From Patescibacteria group bacterium (GTDB taxonomy: Bacteria > Patescibacteriota > Minisyncoccia > Phycocordibacterales > SBAW01), in assembly GCA_016176685.1 (NCBI GenBank), contig JACOWS010000001.1, forward strand, positions 78,113-142,112: a DNA stretch of 64,000 nt. Direction: 5' to 3'. The notes beneath the pieces are model-generated. The model was not told the origin of the DNA. It ran no database searches and worked only from the letters and a program-made list of their open reading frames with translations. Positions 18,636 through 27,431 of this stretch are shown piece after piece. Made by a program: the position numbers and the translations under genes. Numbering within the stretch: the stretch's first letter is position 1; every line of letters begins with the position of its first letter.

Positions 18636-19469
18636 ATGGAAAGTTTTAAGCATAGATGCGTTGTGCTACGGAAACAAGATTACTCTCTCTTGGAAATAGC
18701 TAGGATAACCGGTAGGCCGAAGTCATCAGTGTATTTCCATATCCGCAACATACCGCTCAGCCCTAGGAAATATCAAAAAATACACGCACTCAATATACAA
18801 CACCTTCTTCGGGTTGCCCGATCTAGAAAAGGAAAGAGTATAAGGGAGTTTAAAAAAATCTACCGATGGAACCCGGAGAATGTATCGCTAGTTGCCCACC
18901 TTCTTTTCGATGGCGAAATAAAACGAAGTGGTTGTGTATACAATAACCGCAACAAAATATTGTTAAAAAAGGTCGAGGTGAGTATGAAGAAGATGTATCG
19001 TTTTTCTCCAACACGCTATTACAACCCAAACACCGGTGTCTCACGAATAAGTTATTTTAACGTGGCACTAGGAAATTACATGGAGCAAAAAGCAAAAGAA
19101 CTGTGGCAGTGTCTTGGGGAATTACCTCTTGAGACTAAAAGGTCTTTTCTTCGGGCCTTTTTCGACGATGAGGGGTGCATCGATTTTAGACCAAAAACAA
19201 ATTCTAGAAGGATACGCGGCTACCAAAAAGATATCGCAATACTGGAACACGTTTCGCAAGCGTTGCGTAATTTTGGCATTACATCAAGAATCCAAAAACC
19301 AAATGAGGTGGTTATTACCGGCCGCAATAATTTGATCATGTTTCAAAAAGAGATAGGGTTTACCGCTGGAGTGTATATCAACGGGAACCGATCAAATAGT
19401 ATCTGGAAAAAACATCTAGAGAAGCGAGAAATCCTCGCCAGAGCAATTCACTCATATATTAAAGTGTGA
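18636..19469 (+). CDS. LAGLIDADG-family homing endonuclease (double-motif, free-standing)
   Basis: two LAGLIDADG-type motifs LVAHLLFDGEI and LRAFFDDEGCI about 100 aa apart; N-terminal HTH-like LLEIARITGRPKSSVYFHI; GC about 38% versus about 60% in flanks; starts 2 nt after tRNA-Lys. Confidence 0.75.
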   Translation: MESFKHRCVVLRKQDYSLLEIARITGRPKSSVYFHIRNIPLSPRKYQKIHALNIQHLLRVARSRKGKSIREFKKIYRWNPENVSLVAHLLFDGEIKRSGCVYNNRNKILLKKVEVSMKKMYRFSPTRYYNPNTGVSRISYFNVALGNYMEQKAKELWQCLGELPLETKRSFLRAFFDDEGCIDFRPKTNSRRIRGYQKDIAILEHVSQALRNFGITSRIQKPNEVVITGRNNLIMFQKEIGFTAGVYINGNRSNSIWKKHLEKREILARAIHSYIKV

Positions 19470-20040
19470 GTGCGAAACGCTCCAAAAGGAGTTCTAGGTC
19501 GCCCAAGCCGCGGTGGGAGTCGTGGTACATCCACACAATCTGCCGCGAGAGTGCCGCATCTTTCATGGCCCTGGCCTTCCAGGCCAACAAACCGGCAAGG
19601 GCCTCGGGCTTCTCCCCCGCGCGCAGTGCCGCCGTGAGCCCCAACCATAGTTTTTTCTTGTCGCGCGCGCCCAATGCCGCGGCAAGTCCAAACCGGTCAA
19701 ATGTGAACTCTTCTTTTTTTGGCTTCTCAATTTTTTCTATTGTTGCCCCTGCTTTGGCAAGCGCGTCGGTTTCTTTTTTTAAAAGTTTTTCTTCTTCAAA
19801 GATAAAGGTGTGGGGCGAGCCAGCAAGCTCTTTTGCCATGTCTATAAACTCCTCCCTGCGCGCACCGGCAAGCGCCCCCACCAGCACAAAAATGCGCGCG
19901 CCGCCAAACAAAGCTTGTGTTGTTGCAAGTGCCACTACTTCCTCTAACGAAATTACTTCCCACTTTATTTCTTCGCTTCCCTTGGGTCGCCTTTTTTGTC
20001 CAACAATTACGGTAATCATAACGGTTTCATTTCTCCCCAA
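19459..20040 (-). CDS. hypothetical protein, possibly short DNA polymerase III delta (HolA)-like
   Basis: weak resemblance to HolA domains I-II (FGGARIFVLVGA...; ...TFIFEEEKL...AKAGATIEKIEKP); immediately upstream and co-directional with polA; overlaps the 3' end of the homing-endonuclease gene by 11 nt. Confidence 0.35.
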   Translation of the reverse strand: MGRNETVMITVIVGQKRRPKGSEEIKWEVISLEEVVALATTQALFGGARIFVLVGALAGARREEFIDMAKELAGSPHTFIFEEEKLLKKETDALAKAGATIEKIEKPKKEEFTFDRFGLAAALGARDKKKLWLGLTAALRAGEKPEALAGLLAWKARAMKDAALSRQIVWMYHDSHRGLGDLELLLERFALTL

Positions 20041-22457
20041 TTTTTTCCCGCCTTACCTTCGGCGATAAACGGTATCCCCTGGCGCTCCTTTTCACTCATC
20101 ACCTGCTCCATAATATGTTTTATTTTGGGGGCAAGCGCCGCAACCCGCTCCTCCTCTATCTCAAAAACCAACTCGTCGTGTACCTGCAAAAGCAGGTGCG
20201 CCTTGTCGCCATGATTTTCTTTTGTAAATAGTTCGTCCACTTGTATCATCGCGAGCTTCACCAGGTCGGCTTGGGTCCCCTGCATCGGGGCGTTGACCGC
20301 CATGCGCTCGGCCGCCGCGCGCACGTAGGGTATAGGCGAGTGTATGCCCTCAAAGTACCGCCGCCGGCCAAAGTAGGTTTGCGTGTAGCCCTCGCGAGCC
20401 GCCTGTCCTTTTACCTCATCCACATACCGCGCCAAGCGCGGAAAAACTTCGAAGTACTTGTTGTAAAACTCCTGCGCCTCGGCCCGCGAGGTGCCGAGCG
20501 ACTCTTTTAAGGCGTTCACCCCCATGCCGTAGAGAATGCCGAAGTTGATAACCTTGGCGCGGCGACGCTGCTCATACGTTACCTCCTCTGGTTTTATTTT
20601 AAATACGCGCGCCGCCACCTCGGCATGCGCATCCCGACCGCTCTTAAAAATCCCCATGAGCCATGGGTCTTTGGAGAGCAGAGCCGCAATGCGCAACTCT
20701 ATCTGGCTATAATCAAAAGCAACCAGTGCATACCCCTCTGCGGCGACAAACGCGCGGCGTATCGCGCGCCCAAGCTCTGTCTTGATAGGAATGTTCTGCA
20801 GGTTGGGGTTTTGCGAGGCAAGCCGGCCTGTTGAAGTGCCGGTCTGCACAAAAGTGGTGTGCAGGCGGTCTTTTTTGTCGAGCAACATTGGTATTGCGTC
20901 GATGTAGGTGGAAAGGAGTTTGGACAACTCGCGGTATAGAAGTACGTCGGCAATCACCGGGTGCACACCCTGCAGTTTTACCAGCTCGGACTCGCGGGTG
21001 GAACGCGCGCCGCCGGCCGTCTTCTTCTGGTTTTTTGCCGAGAGCCCGAGCTTATCAAACAGCACCTCGCCCAACTGTTTGGGCGAGGAAATGTTAAACT
21101 CGCCGCCCGCCGCCCGGTAAATGCGCCCGGCTATTTTATCGAGCTCGCCGTGGTATTCTGTGGAAAGTTTTTTCAAAAAAGCTCGGTCTATAGAGATGCC
21201 GCGTCGCTCCATCTTGCGCAAAATCGGTATGAGCGGGCGCTCTATCTTCTCGTACACGAAGGTCAGCCCTCTTTTTTCTATCTCCACGAGTATATTTTTT
21301 TTTGCCTCGGCAAAGTCGTGGCTCTTCCCTGCGCGGTAGAGGTCGTCAAGGGTCGGCTCGGTAACGGATGAGTCGAGCAACCACACGGCAACCGCCAGTT
21401 GCTGAAACTCTTCGTCGTCTATAGACGGGGTGCCGGCGGGGCTGCTAGGGTTTTCCGCCAAAACTCCCACTGAAAAAGTCCTCGGTGTCCTCGCGTTGCT
21501 CAAAGCAACGCTTGCGCCAGACTTTTCCAATGGGAGTTTTGGCTCTAAAAGCTCCCGCACGCGCGGTATGAGCGAGCGAAATTCAAGCTCCGACAAAAGG
21601 TCAAGTAAGGGCGTGGGGTTGGCGCTCTCGCGCCAGGTCTTAGCAGGCAGAGTAAAATCTATAGGAACGTCGCGATGTATGGTGGCCAGCTCTTTTGAAA
21701 GCTCGGCCTCTTCCCTCCCCTCTTTTATCTTTTCAAATGTGGCGCCCTTCACCCCGGCCGCCGCAAGCCAATCCGGATGTTTTTCAACCGCATCGTAAAT
21801 TTTTTCAAGCCCCCCGAACTGCGACACCAACGATGTTGCCGTTTTCTCGCCGATGCCTTTAATACCCGGGATATTGTCGGATGGGTCGCCGCGCAACCCT
21901 TTGTAGTCCGGCAACAGTTCAGGACCGAAGCCAAACCGCTCCCTCACCCCCGCCTCGTCGTAAAGCACCGTTTCCGAAAGACCTTTCTTAAGCGTGTAGA
22001 CCCGCACCCGGTCGTCATCCACCAGCTGGAGCGTGTCCATGTCGCCGGACGCGATGATAATGTCAACATTATTCTGATGTTTGAGTTTTTTCACCACAGT
22101 ACCCAACACATCGTCTGCCTCAAAACCCTGCTTCTCGTACCGCGGGATGCCAAAGGCGTCCAAAACATCGCGCGAGCGCTTAATCTGCGCAATTAAATCA
22201 TCCTCGGCCTTGGGGCGGGTCGCTTTGTACTCTTTAAACGCGGCGTGGCGGTAGGTGGGGCCCGGCAGGTCAAACGCCGCGGCAAGGTAGTCTGGCTTCA
22301 GCTCGGCAATAATACGCACCAACATAGAGATGAGCCCGTACAATGCGCCGGTTGGTTCGCCTTTAGAGGAAGAAAAGTCCGGCAGTGCGTGGTACGCACG
22401 GTGCAGTATCGCGTGGGTGTCTAGCAACACTAACCGCTTTCTTTTTTTGGTATCCAT
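20016..22457 (-). CDS. polA: DNA polymerase I (5'-3' exonuclease plus polymerase domains)
   Basis: N-terminal 5' nuclease motifs (LVLLDTHAILHRAYHAL, FDLPGPTYRH), polymerase motifs RRRAKVINFGILYGMG and LLQVHDELVFE; start taken at MDTKKRK. Confidence 0.9.
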   Translation of the reverse strand: MDTKKRKRLVLLDTHAILHRAYHALPDFSSSKGEPTGALYGLISMLVRIIAELKPDYLAAAFDLPGPTYRHAAFKEYKATRPKAEDDLIAQIKRSRDVLDAFGIPRYEKQGFEADDVLGTVVKKLKHQNNVDIIIASGDMDTLQLVDDDRVRVYTLKKGLSETVLYDEAGVRERFGFGPELLPDYKGLRGDPSDNIPGIKGIGEKTATSLVSQFGGLEKIYDAVEKHPDWLAAAGVKGATFEKIKEGREEAELSKELATIHRDVPIDFTLPAKTWRESANPTPLLDLLSELEFRSLIPRVRELLEPKLPLEKSGASVALSNARTPRTFSVGVLAENPSSPAGTPSIDDEEFQQLAVAVWLLDSSVTEPTLDDLYRAGKSHDFAEAKKNILVEIEKRGLTFVYEKIERPLIPILRKMERRGISIDRAFLKKLSTEYHGELDKIAGRIYRAAGGEFNISSPKQLGEVLFDKLGLSAKNQKKTAGGARSTRESELVKLQGVHPVIADVLLYRELSKLLSTYIDAIPMLLDKKDRLHTTFVQTGTSTGRLASQNPNLQNIPIKTELGRAIRRAFVAAEGYALVAFDYSQIELRIAALLSKDPWLMGIFKSGRDAHAEVAARVFKIKPEEVTYEQRRRAKVINFGILYGMGVNALKESLGTSRAEAQEFYNKYFEVFPRLARYVDEVKGQAAREGYTQTYFGRRRYFEGIHSPIPYVRAAAERMAVNAPMQGTQADLVKLAMIQVDELFTKENHGDKAHLLLQVHDELVFEIEEERVAALAPKIKHIMEQVMSEKERQGIPFIAEGKAGKNWGEMKPL
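21467..21551. repeat. 85-bp nested palindromic element (family B), inside polA coding sequence
   Basis: outer inverted repeat CCAAAACTCCCACTG/CAATGGGAGTTTTGG flanking core AAAAAGTCCTCGGTGTCCTCGCGTTGC-TCAAA-GCAACGCTTGCGCCAGACTTTT; same core at 58648-58732. Confidence 0.75.
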
Positions 22458-22464
22458 AGATTCT

Positions 22465-22499
22465 GGGACTTCGTAAGTCCTCGGGGACTTACGAAGTCC
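22465..22499. repeat. perfect 15-bp-arm palindrome spanning tsaE stop and polA 5' leader
   Basis: GGACTTCGTAAGTCC-TCGG-GGACTTACGAAGTCC; right arm encodes tsaE C-terminal RTS-stop, left arm lies 8 nt upstream of polA ATG. Confidence 0.65.
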
Positions 22500-22944
22500 T
22501 AATATCAATATACCGCTCTTTCTCCCCTGCATTTTCGGACGAGAATTGTAGCGTCATATCGGGTACGGGGAGTGCACCCCCGACCCGCTCCGGCCACTCG
22601 ATGCACACCAGGTTGTGCGGGTCTTCTAAAAACCGCTCGGGCCGCAGAGCCGCAAACTCCTTAGCGCCCTCCAAACGGTAGGCATCTATGTGTATGAGGC
22701 GCGCAAAGCGCGGATGGTGCGGTATGTGGTAGCTCTTCATCAATACATAGGTAGGGCTTTGTATAGTGTCTGCTATACCAAGCTCTTTTGCGAGTGCCTG
22801 CACAAACGTGGTCTTCCCGGCTCCCAAGTCGCCCAGCAAGGCAATTATGGTCGCTTTGTTGCCTTGCAAATCCTTGGCGAAGTTTGGACCAGCCAACAGT
22901 CTGTGTACAAAATCTCCGAGCCTCTTCAGCAGCACTTTTTCCAT
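22489..22944 (-). CDS. tsaE: tRNA threonylcarbamoyladenosine biosynthesis protein TsaE
   Basis: ALLGDLGAGKTTFVQALAK Walker A and IQSPTYVLMKSY segment typical of YjeE/TsaE. Confidence 0.8.
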   Translation of the reverse strand: MEKVLLKRLGDFVHRLLAGPNFAKDLQGNKATIIALLGDLGAGKTTFVQALAKELGIADTIQSPTYVLMKSYHIPHHPRFARLIHIDAYRLEGAKEFAALRPERFLEDPHNLVCIEWPERVGGALPVPDMTLQFSSENAGEKERYIDIRTS

Positions 22945-23014
22945 ACGCGCAGTATACCAAGGCGACACCTTCCAAAGCTAAGGAGTCGCCTTAAAACTGC
23001 TACAATACACAGGT

Positions 23015-24697
23015 ATGGTCCAGTTTAGAGATGCCGAGGAACAAAAACATTTAGACTTTCTGCGCAAGCGCGAGGAAGAAGATCTCGCGCAAATGCTCGC
23101 ACAAAAATATGGAGTAGCGTATGTCGACCTTACGCTGGTTGCTATAAACGCAGATGCCTTGCGGTTGATAACAGAAGCAGACGCCCGCAACGCCGAGGCG
23201 GCGACCTTTGGCCGTGTCGGCAAGCACGTGTCTCTTGCCGCACGCTCACCGGAAAACCCCAAAGTCAAAGCGCTGGTTGAGAAACTAAAAGAGCTTGGAT
23301 ATCAGGTGGTGGTCTTCATCACTTCAAGCGAGTCGCTCAAGCGCGCGTTTGAGCGCTATGCCGACCTTTCCTATGCAACCGAAACAAAGGCCGGGGTGTT
23401 TGAACTCTCCAACCAAGAGCTTGAGGATCTGTTGGGTAAGGTCGAGAAATTGGAGGACGTTAGTACACTCATCAACGAAGCCATAGAGCTTAAAAAAGCC
23501 TATCGCATTACTCGTATACTGGAAGTTGTTCTTGCAGGAGGCCTTTCCACCGGGGCCTCGGATGTACATTTTGAGCCGGAGGAAAAGTCGGTGCGCCTGC
23601 GCTACCGGCTAGACGGCGTCTTGACCGATGTAACCATGTTCGACCACGAGACCTACGGCTTAGTTTTGAGCCGGCTTAAACTGCTCTCCGGGCTCAAACT
23701 AAATGTCGAGCACGAGGCGCAGGACGGACGTTTTTCCGTAAAAATAAAAGAGAGCGAGATAGAACTGCGCACCAGTGTTTTGCCCGGCAACTATGCCGAG
23801 ACTTTGGTGATGCGTATCCTTAACCCCACTACCATCGGGGTGCAGCTTGAAGCGCTCGGCCTTGAGGAAAAGTTGCGTATGCGGATAGAAAAAGAGCTGG
23901 AAAAACCAAACGGTATGATACTCACCACCGGTCCCACCGGTTCCGGCAAAACTACGACGCTCTACGCCTTTTTGCGCAAGGTTAACAAGCCGGGGAATAA
24001 AATTATCACCATTGAAGACCCTATCGAGTACCACCTGGACGGCATTGTGCAGACACAGGTTGATATAAAAAAATACAGCTTTGCCCAAGGGCTACGCTCG
24101 GCACTTCGGCAAGACCCGGACATCATTATGGTGGGCGAGATACGCGACGGAGAGGTTGCCGAGGTGGCTATCAACGCGGCGCTCACCGGACACCTGGTGT
24201 TCTCAACACTCCACACCAACGACGCGGCGGGGTCGTTCCCCCGGCTTATTGACCTTGGCGTCAGCGAAAAAGTGCTTTCCTCCGCCATTAACGTAGCGAT
24301 TGCACAGCGGCTGGTACGCACCCTGTGCACACAATGTAAAAAGGGGCGGACGGCGACTCCAGAGGAGCAAAAAATTATAAACGACACGCTCGCTGGAGTA
24401 ACCGACCAGTCGCTGGTGCCACAGGATAACACAAAGGTATATGATGCAGGCAAGGAAGGATGCGGTGCGTGCCATGGGCGCGGCTACAAAGGGCGCATTG
24501 GCATATTTGAGGCGATATTTATGGATAGTGCCATAGAAACAATTTTGCGCGAAAAGCCCAGCGAGCGCGAGGTCGCCGCCGCGGCCAAGCCGCAAGGCAT
24601 CCCCACCATACAGCAGGACGGCATTATCAAGGTCTTGCGCGGCATTACCTCGCTTGAGGAGTTAGCGCGCGTGGCAGACCTACACACTGCCAATTGA
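23015..24697 (+). CDS. pilB: type IV pilus / type II secretion assembly ATPase (PilB/GspE family)
   Basis: GPTGSGKTTT Walker A, DPDIIMVGEIRD Walker B/Asp box, C-terminal tetra-Cys CTQC...CGAC zinc site. Confidence 0.85.
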   Translation: MVQFRDAEEQKHLDFLRKREEEDLAQMLAQKYGVAYVDLTLVAINADALRLITEADARNAEAATFGRVGKHVSLAARSPENPKVKALVEKLKELGYQVVVFITSSESLKRAFERYADLSYATETKAGVFELSNQELEDLLGKVEKLEDVSTLINEAIELKKAYRITRILEVVLAGGLSTGASDVHFEPEEKSVRLRYRLDGVLTDVTMFDHETYGLVLSRLKLLSGLKLNVEHEAQDGRFSVKIKESEIELRTSVLPGNYAETLVMRILNPTTIGVQLEALGLEEKLRMRIEKELEKPNGMILTTGPTGSGKTTTLYAFLRKVNKPGNKIITIEDPIEYHLDGIVQTQVDIKKYSFAQGLRSALRQDPDIIMVGEIRDGEVAEVAINAALTGHLVFSTLHTNDAAGSFPRLIDLGVSEKVLSSAINVAIAQRLVRTLCTQCKKGRTATPEEQKIINDTLAGVTDQSLVPQDNTKVYDAGKEGCGACHGRGYKGRIGIFEAIFMDSAIETILREKPSEREVAAAAKPQGIPTIQQDGIIKVLRGITSLEELARVADLHTAN

Positions 24698-24987
24698 AAA
24701 AGCTTCCGGGTCAATGTTGCACATGGACTCCCGCACGGTAGAGTGGAGTGGGAAGAATTTCAGCTCTTTTATGAGAAAAATCGGGAATGTACACCTCCAA
24801 GCAACAACCTTATCGAGCGTGTCGAAAAGCGAAAACCAACATTGGGGATGGCCCCCGCGCTACTCCACAAGGGGATAGGCCGGAGCGTCCCTACGTCGGT
24901 TCCGAAACCTGCGAGAGGCCGCATTGTTTGGAGGTGTACGCACCCGAAGAAAAATCGCTAGTAAAAGCCTAGCATACTTAAAAAAAT

Positions 24988-26049
24988 ATGTCAAGCGCCC
25001 CAAAACACCCAAGAAAAAAATCTGACGTTGCAGGGGCCGGGGGAGAACCTCTTGCCGCGGCGCCGCAGGACTCGTTTTTGGACCAAACATTGCGCCCCGC
25101 CTCGTGGGACGAGTACGTCGGCCAGGAAAGTATCAAAAACAACCTGCATATACTGATACGCGCGGCAAAAGAGCGCGCCGCGCCGCCGGAACATATTTTG
25201 TTTTACGGCCCGCCCGGGCTTGGCAAGACCACGCTCGCCCACCTTATTGCACGCGAGCTCGGCGGTACCCTGCGCGCAACCTCGGGGCCCGCTATAGAGC
25301 GCGTCGGCGACCTGGCCGCTCTTCTTTCCAACCTATCGCCCGGCGACATTCTGTTTATAGACGAGATACACCGCCTAGCCCGCACTATAGAAGAGGTGCT
25401 TTACCCGGCCATGGAGTCGGGCGTCCTCAACATTATCATCGGCAAGGGGCCCTCGGCCCGCACCCTGGAGCTCCCGCTCCCGCCCTTTACACTCATAGCC
25501 GCTACCACACGCGTGGCCGACCTCTCGGCACCATTGCGTAGCCGTTTTGGCGGTGGAGTTTTCCGGCTTGAGTTTTATTCAGAAAAAGATATCGCGCAGA
25601 TTGTTCACCGCTCGGCAAATATACTAGGTGTAGTGGTAAAAGATGATGGTGTTGCTGAAATTGCCAAGAGGAGCCGGGCCACACCGCGCACCGCCAACTA
25701 TCTGCTCAAGCGCGTGCGCGACTACGCACAGCTTAAACGCACCGCGCTTACCCGCGAAGCGGTAGAGACAGCGCTGGGTATGCTCGAGGTCGACCTGTTG
25801 GGGCTCACGCCTCTTGATAGAAAACTGTTAGAGGTGTTGATAGAGCGATTTGGCGGCGGCCCCGCGGGGGTCAACGCGCTGGCGGCCGCACTGAGCGAGG
25901 AGCCAAACACCATTTCGGAAGTGCACGAGCCGTTTCTGCTCCAGATAGGGCTCATCGAGCGCACTCCGCGCGGCCGCGTGGCCACCAGGGCGGCCTACCT
26001 GCACTTGGGCAAAGTGCCACCCCAAGGATTGAACGAAAAACTCCTGTAG
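24988..26049 (+). CDS. ruvB: Holliday junction DNA helicase RuvB
   Basis: [19 protein letters not shown] Walker [11 protein letters not shown] Walker B, winged-helix C-terminus. Confidence 0.9.
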   Translation: MSSAPKHPRKKSDVAGAGGEPLAAAPQDSFLDQTLRPASWDEYVGQESIKNNLHILIRAAKERAAPPEHILFYGPPGLGKTTLAHLIARELGGTLRATSGPAIERVGDLAALLSNLSPGDILFIDEIHRLARTIEEVLYPAMESGVLNIIIGKGPSARTLELPLPPFTLIAATTRVADLSAPLRSRFGGGVFRLEFYSEKDIAQIVHRSANILGVVVKDDGVAEIAKRSRATPRTANYLLKRVRDYAQLKRTALTREAVETALGMLEVDLLGLTPLDRKLLEVLIERFGGGPAGVNALAAALSEEPNTISEVHEPFLLQIGLIERTPRGRVATRAAYLHLGKVPPQGLNEKLL

Positions 26050-26064
26050 TGTAAAACTGTATCT

Positions 26065-26592
26065 ATGGCGGGACACAGTAAATGGGCGAAGTTGAAGCAT
26101 GTTAAGGGTAAAACCGATGCGCAAAAGAGCAAGGTCTTTTCCAAACTCGTGCGCTTTATCTCGGTTGAGGCAAAAAAGTCTAAGGGTGACCGCTCTGCCC
26201 CCGGGTTGCGCGCGGCGGTTGAGAAGGCGCGCGCGGCAAACATGCCGCAGGAAAACATAGACCGCGCGATAGACAAAGCATCAACGTCCGGAGAGCTAGA
26301 GCCGGTGGTATATGAGGCATACGGCCCCGGCGGCGTGGCGCTCATAATCGACGGGTACACCGACTCGCGCAACCGCACCGCGCAGGAAATAAAGCACCTT
26401 CTTTTGCTCCACGGCTCCTCATTGGCAACCCCGGGCGCAGCCAGCTGGGCGTTTAGCAAAAATGCGGAAGGAGCGCTTGAGCCCATGACTGCGGTCGAAA
26501 TTTCCGAAGAAGACGGGCAGAAGCTCGCCGAGCTCGTTGACGCGCTGGAAGAGCACGACGATATCAACAATGTATACACCAATGCGGCGTAA
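26065..26592 (+). CDS. yebC: YebC/PmpR-family transcriptional regulator (short form)
   Basis: MAGHSKWAKLKHVKG N-terminus diagnostic of the YebC (DUF28) family. Confidence 0.75.
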   Translation: MAGHSKWAKLKHVKGKTDAQKSKVFSKLVRFISVEAKKSKGDRSAPGLRAAVEKARAANMPQENIDRAIDKASTSGELEPVVYEAYGPGGVALIIDGYTDSRNRTAQEIKHLLLLHGSSLATPGAASWAFSKNAEGALEPMTAVEISEEDGQKLAELVDALEEHDDINNVYTNAA

Positions 26593-26633
26593 AGGTTCGA
26601 CCTTGAAGAGCCTGGGTGTTAAGGTCGAACCTT
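26592..26633. repeat. 42-bp palindromic element (family A) copy 1
   Basis: AAGGTTCGACCTT-16 nt-AAGGTCGAACCTT; first A's overlap yebC TAA stop; lies just before ruvC start. Confidence 0.75.
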
Positions 26634-26641
26634 GGAGAGTT

Positions 26642-27118
26642 TTGGCGTGCGACCCCGGTTTTGAGCGGCTGGGTGTTGCGGTGCTAGAAAAAAATTATTC
26701 TACAAACTCAAAGCAAGAAAAATTCTTATACTCCGACTGCATCCGCACTGATGCAGCGCTTCCATTCCACAGGCGGCTACAGATTATTGGTTCTGCGGTC
26801 GAACTTCTTTTAAAAGAGTGGCGGCCGGATGCGGTGGCGCTTGAGGATGTGTACTTTGCTAAAAACGAAAAGACCGCGATGAAGATAGCCGAGGTGCGGG
26901 GCATGTTGACCTACCTTGCCGTGTTGCAGGGTCTGCCATTGTTTGAGTACTCGCCCGCCGAGGTTAAGGCCGCTGTCACCGGGTACGGCAAGGGTGACAA
27001 GCGGGCGGTAGCCGTCATGGTGCCCAAGCTCATTGCACTGCCGCAAAAAAAGCGCCTGGATGACGAGCTTGACGCCATTGCGGTGGGCCTTACCTGCCTG
27101 GCCTCGGCAAGATTTTAG
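26642..27118 (+). CDS. ruvC: crossover junction endodeoxyribonuclease RuvC
   Basis: VLACDPGFERLGVAVLE matches RuvC N-terminal ILGIDPG..TG motif; start uncertain (TTG at 26642 chosen to avoid overlap with yebC and the repeat). Confidence 0.7.
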   Translation: MACDPGFERLGVAVLEKNYSTNSKQEKFLYSDCIRTDAALPFHRRLQIIGSAVELLLKEWRPDAVALEDVYFAKNEKTAMKIAEVRGMLTYLAVLQGLPLFEYSPAEVKAAVTGYGKGDKRAVAVMVPKLIALPQKKRLDDELDAIAVGLTCLASARF

Positions 27119-27247
27119 CTACGCTAGGATTGGCCGCAGGGTAATAACCGGCAGATATCCACAGGCACTACTGATACTGATTGCAAAATTAGGCAGGTTT
27201 GGTACAAACTGGTCATTGGGCTAATTATCAACCGTAGCATTGCTTGT

Positions 27248-27382
27248 ATGTATATGCGCGAGGAGTTTGAACTAGAGGATCCCCTGCTCGATGAGATGGG
27301 TGACGATGCAGAAACGGATGACAAGGCGGAGGAAGAGGAGGATGCGGACGAAGAAGAGGCGGCTGATAGCGAAGAAGTGTAG
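27248..27382 (+). CDS. small highly acidic peptide (44 aa), hypothetical
   Basis: ATG-initiated ORF MYMREEFELEDPLLDEMGDDAETDDKAEEEEDADEEEAADSEEV ending 5 nt before a strong terminator hairpin. Confidence 0.2.
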   Translation: MYMREEFELEDPLLDEMGDDAETDDKAEEEEDADEEEAADSEEV

Positions 27383-27386
27383 GGTA

Positions 27387-27430
27387 AAAACAAAACCCCC
27401 TCCGCCAACTGGCGGAGGGGGTTTTGTTTT
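27387..27430. terminator. bidirectional rho-independent terminator
   Basis: perfect 20-bp arms AAAACAAAACCCCCTCCGCC-AACT-GGCGGAGGGGGTTTTGTTTT between convergent genes. Confidence 0.6.
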
Positions 27431-27431
27431 T

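Noticed and set aside
18562-19469. Possibility that the LAGLIDADG gene sits in a group I intron interrupting tRNA-Lys
   Set aside because: tRNA-Lys folds as a complete 73-nt cloverleaf upstream of the ORF with an uninterrupted anticodon loop, so the tRNA is not split. An intron elsewhere cannot be excluded without structure search.
19466-20068. Plus-strand 200-aa Ala/Ser-rich ORF
   Set aside because: It is entirely antisense to the HolA-like gene and polA 3' end and has a low-complexity composition typical of reverse-frame translation of a GC-rich gene.
25104-25541. Arg-rich 145-aa ORF inside ruvB in another frame, and similar alternate-frame ORFs inside polA, PBP1A, pnp, VirB6-like and pcrA genes
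   Set aside because: They are alternate-frame artefacts of high-GC coding DNA. Each is fully contained in a well-supported gene.
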